From assembly GCF_044704955.1 (NCBI RefSeq), contig NC_091987.1, positions 69,006,001 to 69,070,000 on the forward strand: a DNA stretch of 64,000 nt, written 5' to 3'. The notes beneath the pieces are model-generated. The model saw only the letters and a program-made list of their open reading frames with translations. It made no database searches and was not told where the DNA came from. The stretch comes from Pristiophorus japonicus (lineage: Eukaryota). Shown here one piece after another: positions 12,156 through 23,040 of the stretch (positions within the stretch are counted from its first letter, which is position 1; every line of letters begins with the position of its first letter). The translations under genes were made by a program, and so were the position numbers.

Positions 12156-12851
12156 TGCGGTGGGCTTGGAGCATCGTGGGCCCCCAACTGCGAGAGAACA
12201 TCTCCCACAGGTCGGGCTATAAAAGAACTGGAGCGGCATACGACCACAACTTCCAGCGTGAGCTGACATAAATGGGTGATGTCATCAGGACCCAGGTCAC
12301 TGTTTGGAGCATGGGCAGGAGTATCGGTGGGGCCCTGGTAAAGCAGAGGAGCGGGAAGGTCATGGCAGAAGTGCAGCGAGTGATCGAGGCGGAGGAGCGG
12401 CGCGAGATCGTGGTTGAGGTTCGGGGAATGTTTGGTGCGGAGGGGCAGCGAGTGTTTTGTGGCGGAGGAGCAGTGAGAGATCGTGGCGGAGGAGCGGCGC
12501 GAGATCGTGGCGGAGGTGCGGCAAATGAGGGTACGGGGCCCAAAAGTTCTGAGGGCCCAGGAGCAGCACGGGCCAGCCCACAGTGCGATATGTGTGCACA
12601 CTAGGTCCATGCAGCAGAGCAGGTCTCCAGTCGCCTTGGTTAACCCTTGCCACTGGATAAAGGCCTAACTCTGTCAAGCCCATGTGGTGGCTGATGTGCA
12701 ACGGTCACCACACATGAAAAAAATCCATGCACAGGCATCTTCTACCCTTTTAACTGGAGTTCAGGACTGAAATATCGGGTCCTTCATTGAAACATGTGTG
12801 AACTCATGTGGAAGCAATTCATCTTGTTCGAGGGAGCCCCTATGATGATGA
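12156..12851 (+). mobile_element. Bipartite non-autonomous RTE-related element (SINE-like) with internal 24-bp repeats
   Basis: TSD TGTGTATG at 12148-12155 and 12852-12859. RTE-type cctatgatgatga tail. Repeats of ggcggaggagcggcgcgagatcgt at ~12388-12515. Homologous to 61166-61675 and 41541-41794. Confidence 0.8.
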
Positions 12852-12921
12852 TGTGTATGGAGCTATTCCTGATTCCTTTCCCCATACATTGAACTATTTC
12901 AGTTTTGGTTAATCTAATTAC

Positions 12922-13258
12922 CTTGGATGTTCAGTTCTGTTCCCTCTCCTGTTAAATGTTTCCAGGACTGAGGATTCTCTCTCAAAACCAGGCAGTGGTT
13001 AATGTCCGAATCGTCCACAATCACCTGCCGAATAACAAGCAAGCCCTCCAATACAGATAGACACACGAGAGTTTTTATTGAGAAAATTCCTAATTTTGTT
13101 ACTTCTGATGTCAGGATTGTCTCTTGTCCTAAGCCAGCAATATCTCTCCGAACCCACCCGCTCCTCACGGGATAACGGGGTACAGTTGATCAGAGCTGTC
13201 TGTCCTCTCAGGAAGGACAGAGCTGAAGGAGACTGGATCCAGAGCTGGATTAAGAATT
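12922..13258 (-). pseudogene. Ig V-set exon with a germline-joined J-like motif (frameshifted)
   Basis: Two overlapping minus ORFs join to give IQSPSALSFLRGQTALINC...YCWLR...RVSI/...LLVIRQVIVDDSDINHCLV...TGEGTELNIQ. Cys at 13182-13184 and 12992-12994, core Trp, a D-S-x-x-x-x-C motif, GxGTxL, and a phase-1 donor CAAG|GTAATT at 12921. The length of 337 nt fits one frameshift in a phase 1-1 exon. Confidence 0.75.
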
Positions 13259-13314
13259 CTCTGAATCCCAGGCACCAAGAAATCCTCCCCCCCCCTCCCC
13301 CACCCCCCTCCCTT

Positions 13315-13412
13315 TCAAGAAAAGAAAGAATTTCCCGGCCACCGGACGTCTCAAAGCGCTTTACAGCCAATGAAGTAGTTTTTGGAGTGCAGTCACTGTT
13401 GTAATGTAGGAA
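13315..13412 (-). mobile_element. DeuSINE/L2-type 3' tail fragment
   Basis: caaagcgctttacagccaatgaagta...gtcactgttgtaatgtaggaa is the reverse complement of the tail of the SINE at 59048-59437. Confidence 0.65.
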
Positions 13413-13418
13413 CCACTA

Positions 13419-14004
13419 ACTGGTCTGTAATTTACCATCTAATTTCCTGGTACAAAATGTATGTCTGAGAAAGACTGAAAATCTATGGTCTTGCCCTGAT
13501 CTTCTCTTTGGCATCTTTCAACAGACCAGTGTGCATGGCACCGGGGCCCAGTGACATATCCACCGAGTTTTGATTATTTGTTCAGAACCAATTCCTTTTC
13601 CCAGCTCCCCAACAATTCCTGCATCATGTGTAAAAAGCCTTTTATTTACTATATCTCCACCATATCCATTCTCCACCACTAGACTCCCTGCTCTCCCTTT
13701 AACTGTTTTTACTTACAATAATGAAAACCCTACTTCCTTTTAAATTATCGGCTAACCTTTTTCTTGTATAATCCCGTTTAGCCCTTTAGATCTCCCTCTT
13801 CAGCTCCCCACTTCACTTTCTACATTCCTCCGGATTTTCTTCAGTAATATAAACCCTAATTTATCACTCGCCTCAGTTTAAGTTTCAATTTTTAATCAGA
13901 GATTATGGTTCTCGTATTGGACTGTACAGCCACCTAAGAACTCAGGCTAAGAGTGGAAGCAAGTCTTCCTCGATTCCGAGGGACTGCCTATGATGATGAT
14001 GATG
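13419..14004 (+). mobile_element. Chimeric insertion: ~490 bp of decayed CR1-like DNA plus a ~100 bp RTE 3' end
   Basis: 13-bp direct repeat GTAGGAACCACTA at 13406-13418 and 14005-14017. RTE 3' end and (tga)n tail at ~13906-14004. Confidence 0.65.
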
Positions 14005-14864
14005 GTAGGAACCACTACAACACAAACATGTAGGTTGTAAAATCCATGAAGAAATAGGCCCAGAATGCCTATACACTGCATTGATAAAGTAAATCATATA
14101 ACAATATACTATGCTTAAATGAAACTGATCTAGCAGTTTGGGTGAGTTTTACCAGGAGCCCCATATTTGGCTAAAGCTCTTGGGAGTACGCCCCATAGGT
14201 GCATGCGTTAATCCACCCTTTTCACTTTCAGACCAACAATAAAATTAAAATTACGTGAAAAGAGCTATGGGAAGCTGAAAATTGTATATAACGTGAAAAA
14301 AAAACTGACCAAAGACAATGAAGCAGAAATCTAGGTCATCAGAAATCAACGTGTTGACCTAGTTGCTGATCAGAGGCAGGCGACTTGAGATAGTTTCCTG
14401 AATTGATCAAGTACATTGCCTCACAACTCTGCAACCTGTTTCCAAAATCATGCCATACAGTTCAATTTAATGCGGCAATAGAATGGGCTTTTATTTGTTG
14501 TGAGTGACGCTTGCCGTTCATTTTATTGCATTTGCCGATAGACTTTCTGTGAACCTTTGCACAGGAAGTTGCAATCAGTGGGACATCCAAAATCGCAGCG
14601 CACTCTACAGGGCATCTGGGACCAATCAGCTTGAAGAATCATTAATGAGCCATGCAGAATCTGAACCAGGACGTGTTAGTTGGAATAATGAATTCAATGA
14701 CTAATCAGGTAAACAAACGGAAATTATTTAAATGTTTTCTTTAAAATCTCCAACAATAATTAAAAGTTAAAGCTATGAAACTCCACATCTGTAAAAGTTA
14801 ATTTTGAGTTCCAGAGAGGTTGTTTGGCAATAATTAAAACTTACCACACCGTTAAAAGGGTACT

Positions 14865-15465
14865 ATTATATGGCTCAGAGACATGGACCATATACAGTAG
14901 ACACCTCAAATCGCTGGAGAAATACCACCAACAATGTCTCCGCAAGATCCTGCAAATTCCCTGGGAGAATAGACGCACCAACATCAGTGATCTTGATCAG
15001 GCTAACATCCCCAGCATCGAAGCACTGACCACATTTGACCAGCTCCATTGAGCAGGCCATATCGTCCGCATGCCCATCAAAAGACTCCCAAAGCAAGCGC
15101 TCTACTCGGAACTCCTACATGGCAAGCGATCCCCAGGTGGGCAAGAAATGTTTCAAGGACACCCTCAAAGCCTCCTTGATAAAGTGCAACATCTCCACCG
15201 ACACCTGGGAGTCTTTGGCCAAAGACCGTCCTAAGTGGAAGAAGTGCATCTGGGAGGGTGCTGAGCTCCTCGAGTCTCGTCACCGAGAGCATGCAGAAAA
15301 CAAGCGCAGGCAGTGGAAGGAGCGTGCGGCAAACCAGACTTCCCACCCACCCTTTCCTTCAACGATTGTCTGTCCCACCTGTGACCGAGACTATAATTCC
15401 CGCATTGGACTGCACTGTCACCTAAGCAAGTCTTCCTCAATTTCAAGGGACTGCCTATGGTAATG
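14865..15465 (+). mobile_element. RTE 3' fragment
   Basis: [22 protein letters not shown]...CPTC. Degenerate tail. Shares a ~20-bp deletion before gcaagtcttcctc with the copy at 29717-31706. Confidence 0.9.
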
Positions 15466-16027
15466 ACTTAGACTGGAGTGGACAAGCCCTAACTTTCCAT
15501 GGAGATTTTAGTCCATATCTACCATACAAGTACAGGAGCTTTATGTCGTTCAATATATTTGAATAGGGAGTCAGTTGGTGGGATGTCGTTTACAATGAAT
15601 TATTACATTTATTAGAACATTGTATTTATTAGGTTGTATTTGGCTCCTACAATGAATACACTCATTTTCTGCTATTAACTGCACATTTCTCTGGAAATTA
15701 TGAGCTCTGGTTAGAGATGTACCTACACCACCGGCATGTAAAGTCCGTACCAAAAAAAAGTTAAAAGGACAGGAAGTACAGAAATAAATAGCAGTGATGA
15801 CTGTGGATTGCAATTGTATTCTTTTTCTTGTGCTACATTTAAGAGCTCAGTCTGAACAATAGCTGATCAGCTGTGTGGTTAACATGTTGACCTAACCACT
15901 TAAACGCTTGTCGGTATTGAACATAGTTAGCAGAGCTAAAAGGCTTTTTAGCAAAGGGCATTAGTAGCAATCAGAAAATTGTGAACTTTCAGGGTAGGTT
16001 GGTGACTAAGGCATGCAACCAAATTGA
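15466..16027. repeat. Copy 1 of a ~560-bp local duplication
   Basis: Aligns to 31134-31696 with about 16 substitutions by manual count (~3%). Confidence 0.95.
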
Positions 16028-17405
16028 GAGCTTGTAGGTGTGTAAAACACCCACAATGGTTTTCAAATTGCCATCTACCTGAAACGTGTAACAAACTGTT
16101 CAAAGAGATGACATGACATATTAGCATGCATTTGGCATCTCACTGAGCTCTCGCTTTTTAAAAGTAGAATTCTCATCTGATGTTTTAAAAGAAATAGAGT
16201 AAAGTACCCCCAGGAAAAATGAAAAAGAACTTCATTCTGAAGTAGCATAAAATTATCCAGATAGTCTACGTAATTAACTTTTGCAGAAATCTTGGAGCAC
16301 ACTATTCTTAGGTGCATTCAGAACTATCCAAACTACCCAAAACCTTCTCAACATGATGACAATGTTCTTTTAGGACATCAGTTTTTGAAAACTGCAGCAA
16401 CATATTGCACAAAGTTTAAAATTATAAAACACTAGCACATTTTCTCCTAGGTGGAAACTAAACAGATAAAATCATTGCAATCCATTATTATCCCTCAACA
16501 TTTTGTAATACCTACAACTATATATTTTAATAAGGATAATGGATTTCTTAAGTCCAAGAAAACTAATGGAACTTGCAAAATGAGGAATTCCAAATGCCAC
16601 CTGAGCTATGATCCGATTGGTTTGAAATGTTGATGTGCATAATAGATACTTTTCATATTTTGCTATTTAAGCCATTTAAATATTGTATGTCTTTACCTTT
16701 CAAACAGTATTTTGTGTTAGTAACTCGAAACAATATTGAAAGGGTTGTATTTCGGTTGATTAGAGTTCCTACAGGCTTCAGTTAGTTAAGATGTTGTGTA
16801 AGATTAGGATCTTACGCACTTTCAGAACAATTTCACACACATACCCAAGGGGGTCTTAGAAGTTATAAGGCACTTTTATTAAGGGAGCGGTAGTTCAAAT
16901 ATAGTCAAACACAACACACAATCAGGATAGACATAGTAGCTGTTATTAGTCCTGATCGGACAGGCGCCTGATGACACGAACAGTTCTTATCTTCACAGTC
17001 TGCGCTGAAAAGCACTTTAGACGTCTTTTTCATTGTCGTTTTAAGGGTGGGCCTGGCGGAGGGAGCCCCATGGCCTTTCAAGTTCTTTATCTCCACACTC
17101 AGGTGAAACCCTCCCCTTCACATGCCTTTCATGTTTATGCTTTCTGAAAATCCATCTCCCACAGTTGGAGTCAGACATGCCTTCAGATGTTTGGAGCTGC
17201 CTGTAATCAGCTATTTAAGTTCACGCTGTTCAAGTCGCTTTAGCTATTGTACCATGGAATGAATCTTTTAATTCTAACACCAGAGACTTTTTGGTCTCAA
17301 GTAATTTCTTCCAATTTACGATTTCTTACAGTTGGAAACTGACACACCAGGTTTCTCAAAGGAGTGTTTTTGCCACTCTCATGTGGCTCAGCAGGGAGAG
17401 GAGAT

Positions 17406-19490
17406 TGTCATGTATTCAACCAGCATTGTAACCCATGTATAATCTGACCTAAGTTGTACACTGTGAGAACAAAGACCACGAGGTGAGAGACACTCCTAAC
17501 CTGGACCTTCAGATATAAAAGGGGAAGTTCCACCCACCCTCATCACTTGAGTGCTAAGAAATAAAGGATAGGTCACAGACTGACCTCTCAAGCATGGGCC
17601 TCGTGTGCATTTATACTGTATAGTAAGGACGCATCAATGTCGACGAGAAACTGGGATTTAAACCATGCGAGCATGGCCACCAGCAGAACATACGAGAGGT
17701 ACAGTGTTAAGGAATGGTTGGGACAGAGATTCAACATTGTTAAAGCAGCACACAGTTCTCCAGGCAGACAAGGGCAGTCAGGCATGCCCCAACATATAGT
17801 CGAACCTAGAGGGGGAGTTCGACAGAGACACTGGCAAGTTGAACGGCGATTCACGCCATTTCAAGGGACAATGCGGCCAGTAATGGGGCCATCAACACCT
17901 GTTAATGGCACACTCAAGGACAGTCACGGGGCAGTCAGGGACGATCGACTGGCAAGGGACCTTTTGTTTCCAACAGCAGCTCATGTTGGAGGCGTGGAGG
18001 CACACACTCAGCCGGAGTTTGCAGAGATGAGCAAACTACCTGCAGAAATTGCAGAAATGAACGCTGGGGGAAATCGCTGGAAGCTGAAGTTCAGCGAGTT
18101 CCTGTGGAGCACGTATACAGTTCATACACCAGGACGCCACCGATAATGATGAAAGTGCTCCTCAATAGCATCCCAGTATCAATGGAGCTAGACACGGGGG
18201 CCAGCCAGTCCCTGATGGGTATCAAACAGTTCGAAAAGTTGTGGGCGTCCAAGGCCAGGAGGCCAAAATTATCGCCGATTGACGCACAGCTATGGACTTA
18301 CACAAAGCAGATCATTCCGGTGCTAGGCAGCGCCACGGTAGTCGTGACCCACAAAGATTCGGAGATCAGGTTGCCACTCTGGATTGTCCCAGGGGATGGT
18401 CCCGCACTACTGGGGAGGAGTTGGCTTGCTGTCATGAACTGGAAATGGGGCGATGTCAATGCAATTTCCTCTGTGGAGCGAGTATCATGCTCACAGATCC
18501 TGGACAAATTTGGCTCATTATTTAAACCCGGCATCGGCACTTTCATGGGGGCCAAGGTAGTGATTCATAAGCCAGCCTCAAATGGCCAGGCAGAACGAGC
18601 AGTGCAGATAATCAAACAGGGGGTGCTCAGAATCCAAGGGGGTTCCCTACAAACCCGCTTATCACGCCTCCTGTTAGCCTATAGATCCCGACCACACTCG
18701 CTCACAGGGGTTCCACCCACAGAGCTGCTAATGAAAAGGACGCTCAAAACTCGGCTATCCCTTATACACTCCACCATGAAAGAAATTGTCGAGAGCAGGC
18801 GCCAGCCACAATATGACTACCATGACAGGAATGCGAGGGCGCGATCTTTGATGTAAATGATCCTGTTTTTGTCCTCAACTACGCTGCAGGGCCCAAATGG
18901 CTCGCAGGCACTGTGATTGCCAAAGAGGGAAATAGGATTCTGGTAGTTCAACTTACCAATGGACAAAATCTGCCGCAAACACGTGGATCAAACAAAAAGG
19001 AGGTTCAGCAACCCCATAGAAGAAGCAGAGGAAGAACACGATGTAGAGTTCACTCCACCACGGGTGACCGCACACCGGAACCAAAGGGAGGAGAGCCCAA
19101 TCACTGTGGGCAGTCTGGATAGGCCTGAGGCACCGCAAACAGCAGACACTCAGGCCAGCACCCAAAAACCGCAGCCCCAACTCAGGCGCTCTACAAGAGA
19201 GCGTAAACCACCAGAGATACTCAACCTGTGATCCCAACAAGACTTTGGGGGGGAGGTGATGTCATATATTCAACCAGCATTGTAACCCATGTATAATCTG
19301 ACCGAAGTTGTACACTGTGAGAACAATGACCACTAGGTGGGAGACATTCCTAACCTGGACCTTCAGGTATAAAAGGGGAAGCTCCACCCACCCTCATCAC
19401 TTGAGTGCTAAGAAATAAAGGACAGGTCACAGACTGACCTCTCAAGCATGGGCCTCGTGTGCATTTATACTGTATAGTAAGGACGTATCA
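17406..19490 (+). mobile_element. Non-autonomous Ty3/Gypsy (Mag-like) LTR retrotransposon, 2085 bp
   Basis: 231-bp LTRs at 17406-17636 and 19260-19490 (TG...CA, 10 mismatches by manual count). TSD GAGAT at 17401-17405 and 19491-19495. PBS-like tgtcgacgag, PPT ggggggga. Contains a gag zinc-knuckle remnant, protease LDTGA and integrase C-terminus (PASNGQAER), but no RT or RNase H. Confidence 0.92.
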
Positions 19491-20032
19491 GAGATCACTT
19501 CCTATGTTGCTACAGCAAGTCTTTCCAATGGTCCATTCACCAAATAGCTCCATTCGCAATGCCTGTGGAAATGTTCCTGGACTTTTCCTTCTATTGTCCT
19601 AGAAGATGAGAACAAGGTGAATAGACAGAGGATTAATTTTGAATAGGTGAAAAATTGTGATAAAAATTGTTCTAAAGGTGCGTAAACCAAATTTAATGGA
19701 TATTTGACATATTAGTGAACACAATATACCCTTAGATTAAACATGATGAGAATTATCAATCACGTGTAAGATACATAGTAGAAATAAATGGGTCATCTTT
19801 GGGTTGACAGGTTGTAACTAGAGTATCGCAAGGATCAGTGCTTGGGCCTCAGCTATTCACAACTATATAAATGATTTGACTGAGGGGACCAAATGGAATA
19901 TATCCAAGTTTGCTGATGACACAAAGGTAAGTTGTGAGGAGGATGCAAAGAGGCTTCAAGGGGATATAGATAGGCTAAGTAAATGGGCAAGAACATTGCA
20001 AATGGAATATAATGTGGAGAAATGTGAAGTTA

Positions 20033-20091
20033 CATAAGAACATAAGAACATAAGAACATAAGAACATAAGAACATAAGAACATAAGAACAT
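20033..20091 (-). repeat. (CATAAGAA)n octamer, the CR1 3' tail
   Basis: About 7 tandem copies directly abutting a CR1 3' UTR. Confidence 0.9.
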
Positions 20092-21037
20092 GGAACAGGA
20101 GTAGGCCATCTAGCCCCTTGTGCCTGCTCCGCCACTCAACAAGATCATGGCTGATCTGGCCGTGGACTCAGCTCCACTTACCCGCCCGCTCCCCATAAGC
20201 CTCAACTCCCTTATTGGTTAAAAATCTATCTACCTGTGATTTGAATACATTCAATGAGCTCGCCTCAACTGCTTCCCTGGGCAGAGAACTCCACAGATTC
20301 ACAATCCTCTGGGAGAAGGAATTCCTTCTCAACTTGGTTTTAAATTGGCTCCCCTGTATTTTGAGTCTGTGCCCCCTAGTTCTAGTCTCCCTGACCAGTG
20401 GAAACAACCTCTCTGCCTCTATCTTGTCTATCCCTTTTACTATTTTAAATGTTTCTATAAGATCACCCCTCATCCTTCTGAACTCCAACGAATAAAGACT
20501 CAGTCTACTCAATCTATCATCATAAGGTAACCCCCTCATCTCCGGAATCAGCCTAGTGAATCGTCTCTGTATCCCCTCCAAAGCTATTATATCCTTCCTT
20601 AAGTAAGGTGACCAAAACTGCACGCAGTACTCCAGGTGCAGCCTCACCAATACTCTGTACAGTTGCAGCAGGACCTCCCTGCTTTTGTACTTCATCCCTC
20701 TCGCAATGAAGGCCAACATTCCATTCGCCTTCCTGATCACCTGCAAACTAACTTTTTGGGATTCATGCACAAGGACCCCCAGGTCCCTCTGCATCACAGC
20801 ATGTTGTAATTTCTCCTCATTCAAATAATATTCCCTTTTACTGTTTTTTTTTCCAAGGTGGATGACCTCGCATTTTCTGACATTGTATTCCATCTGCCAA
20901 ACCTTAGCCCATTCGCTTAACCTATCTAAATATCTTTGCAGCCTCTCTATGTCCTCTATACAACCCGCTTTCCCACTAATCTTTGTGTCATCTGCAAATT
21001 TTGTTACACTACACTCTGTCCCCTCTTCCAGGTCATC

Positions 21038-21388
21038 TGTTAGATCTCTTAATTTCCAATGAAATACGAACTCCGATTGTAGTTTTAATGTCACTTTATT
21101 TTGGCTGCAATAACAAGCTCTTGGCTTTAAGCCAGGTCTTTGTCCTTCTGATATCACATGGCCAAAATGGCTGTATTTATACCGGGTTCAATTTACAGAA
21201 AAGAACTCGCCTTCTTTCACCTTATTGGCTCAATTAATAGTCTTTTCACCTTTTAATTGGCTCGCTACCCAAGATCCTAAAATGTCAAGTTGATTGATGA
21301 TTTAATGCAACATGCTGAACTGCATGTAGACATGGGAGTCTGTGTTTTCTCAACCTGTCTAAATGCAGCCTGTTTGAATTCTCTATCA
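21038..21388 (-). promoter_or_regulatory. ERV 3' LTR (351 bp)
   Basis: TG...CA termini. PPT aaagggggg immediately upstream (21391-21399). On the minus strand: two CCAAT boxes (~21224, ~21256), TATAAA (~21176-21181) and AATAAA (21095-21100). Confidence 0.85.
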
Positions 21389-21726
21389 ATCCCCCCTTTG
21401 ATACTTTCACAAACTGAATCATAAAACATCAGGTATCACCGGTTAAACATTCTACAAAATAATTTCATACATGTTAATAGAGTTTCCTTCTAAAATTTGT
21501 TGATGTGTTTCACCACATGTCCGGATTAGTAGCTGCCACACAAATTCACATCAACTCGAGTTCCATCGTGGCCACAATGGAAGTCTGGTTTTCGTAGGTT
21601 AATTAACCTTATTCCAATTTAATCCAAATCAATATCTTAATTCAACCAGTAAACAACCTTTCCTTCAGCATAACATACCCCTGTGCCACGTACAGATGGT
21701 CTGCTGGGACCTGCAAGGTGTCTCAC

Positions 21727-23016
21727 CTACTGGACAGCAGCTACAGCCGCCTGGTCGTAACAACATTTAATCAACATAAACAAACAATATAAAAGTAAAA
21801 TAATTACAACAAATAGGATTAAACCTTCCACCAATGAAGTTCCTATTGAACCTAGCCATTCAGTGGCTCCACTCCACAAAGTGAATGATGGGGGTTGCTT
21901 AAGTTTTTCTACCTCCTTTTGGATATGCTCCGCTAAGTGGGTAATTTCTTCGGAACTATCTGGGATATATGTGCAACACTCAGTTCCGAGTAGGGCGCAA
22001 GTACCTCCCTTTTCAGCCAGGATGTAATCAAGGGCCAGTCTATTCTGTAGGGGTACTGTGCGGATTGCTACCATTTCTGCATTGATTTTAACTAGGGCCT
22101 CTGAGGTATCATTGGCTACCCGTTCCACAATGGATGCCATGTTAATGGATTCCCTTGCCAGTCTGGCGGTCCCATACCTAGGGATCAGAATGGCAACGAA
22201 CCTCTCTATTTCTGTGATAGCTCTCTTAGGATGGTGTAAATGTTCCGACAGTGACTTTATATGATATATATAAGGCACAATGTAGGCTAAATAGCAGGAT
22301 CACGACCAATTCTGAGGCAGTCAAGGTTAGGTCTTGTGGCCACACACCCAATAGGTGCCATTATATGTAATGAAGGTTAGCTGTTGCTTTGTCAGCAACA
22401 CTCCGGGGCCTGTCCAGGCTTTTCCATCTGTTTTATTCAGAATTCCCATTACGTTAAAAATTCCCACATCGACCCAGTTTGGACAGTTCCGTGGCTTGAT
22501 TATATTATAATTCCGGGAGCAGTTACTATACCCCATATTTTGGCCTCCTTTGATATTTCTAATCAGACAAACCGATTCCCCCGGTCTTCCTATTCCCGTT
22601 GTATTAGTGATAACAAAAAATGGAGGCCGTTTGGAATTATTGTAACATGGTTGGTATCCCCCTTCAAAGGTAGTCAGATTGTAACCTGCTGACTTCCATT
22701 TACGCGCCCAGTTTTCCATATCCTGAAATGCCTTGCCTGTTTTGTTTTGATTAATTATCCACTCAGCCATTTCCGAGATATTCAAGGGAACTGGCCTCAA
22801 GGGAATCCCTCCCTTTGAGTGAATAGAAATATGCGCGCACACCCAACAACTAGAAATGTTACCTTGTTTGGCATAAATGTATGACATATATAAAAAGGTA
22901 TTTACATGTAATTCCCTTGCTACTCTACTATTTCCCTTTGGTGCAGAGAGTCGGCTAGTAAGAAGTAGGCCTATGCCTAGAATACCTACAGTCAGTAATA
23001 CAGTAAATTTATACAT
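21727..23016 (-). pseudogene. env: ERV env, gamma-type (three in-frame stops at 22300-22329)
   Basis: Signal peptide, CWVC (CxxC), basic cleavage site PKR/AI, immunosuppressive domain LQNRLALDYILAEKGGTC, CX6CC (CALLGTECC) and a TM helix. The two ORFs share one frame. Confidence 0.92.
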
Positions 23017-23040
23017 TTTGGCAAAAAGTAATTGTCCTTA

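Noticed and set aside
12578-12584. CACAGTG heptamer between the V and C1 pieces
   Set aside because: It lies inside a later RTE-related insertion, has no properly spaced nonamer and does not abut a V or J coding end.
12128-12701. Several overlapping 100-160 aa ORFs
   Set aside because: They arise from GC-rich 24-bp repeats in a non-coding element and show no domain motifs.
13078-13404. 108-aa ORF with a signal-peptide-like start (MRKFLILLLLMSGLSLVLS)
   Set aside because: It starts at TTG, is antisense to the V-set exon, and runs through a poly-C tract into a SINE tail. Best explained as a shadow ORF.
16870-19600. Possible minus-strand terminal exon (acceptor near 19600, ~50 open codons across the Gypsy insertion site, AATAAA near 16875)
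   Set aside because: No recognisable protein motif and no supporting upstream exon. It cannot be distinguished from chance.
20033-20091. Regular tandem repeat resembling an array
   Set aside because: It has no spacers and is the octamer 3' tail of a CR1, not a CRISPR array.
21400-21726. Accessory gene between env and the 3' LTR
   Set aside because: No ORF of meaningful length. The first ~90 nt is more likely the env cytoplasmic tail beyond a premature stop.
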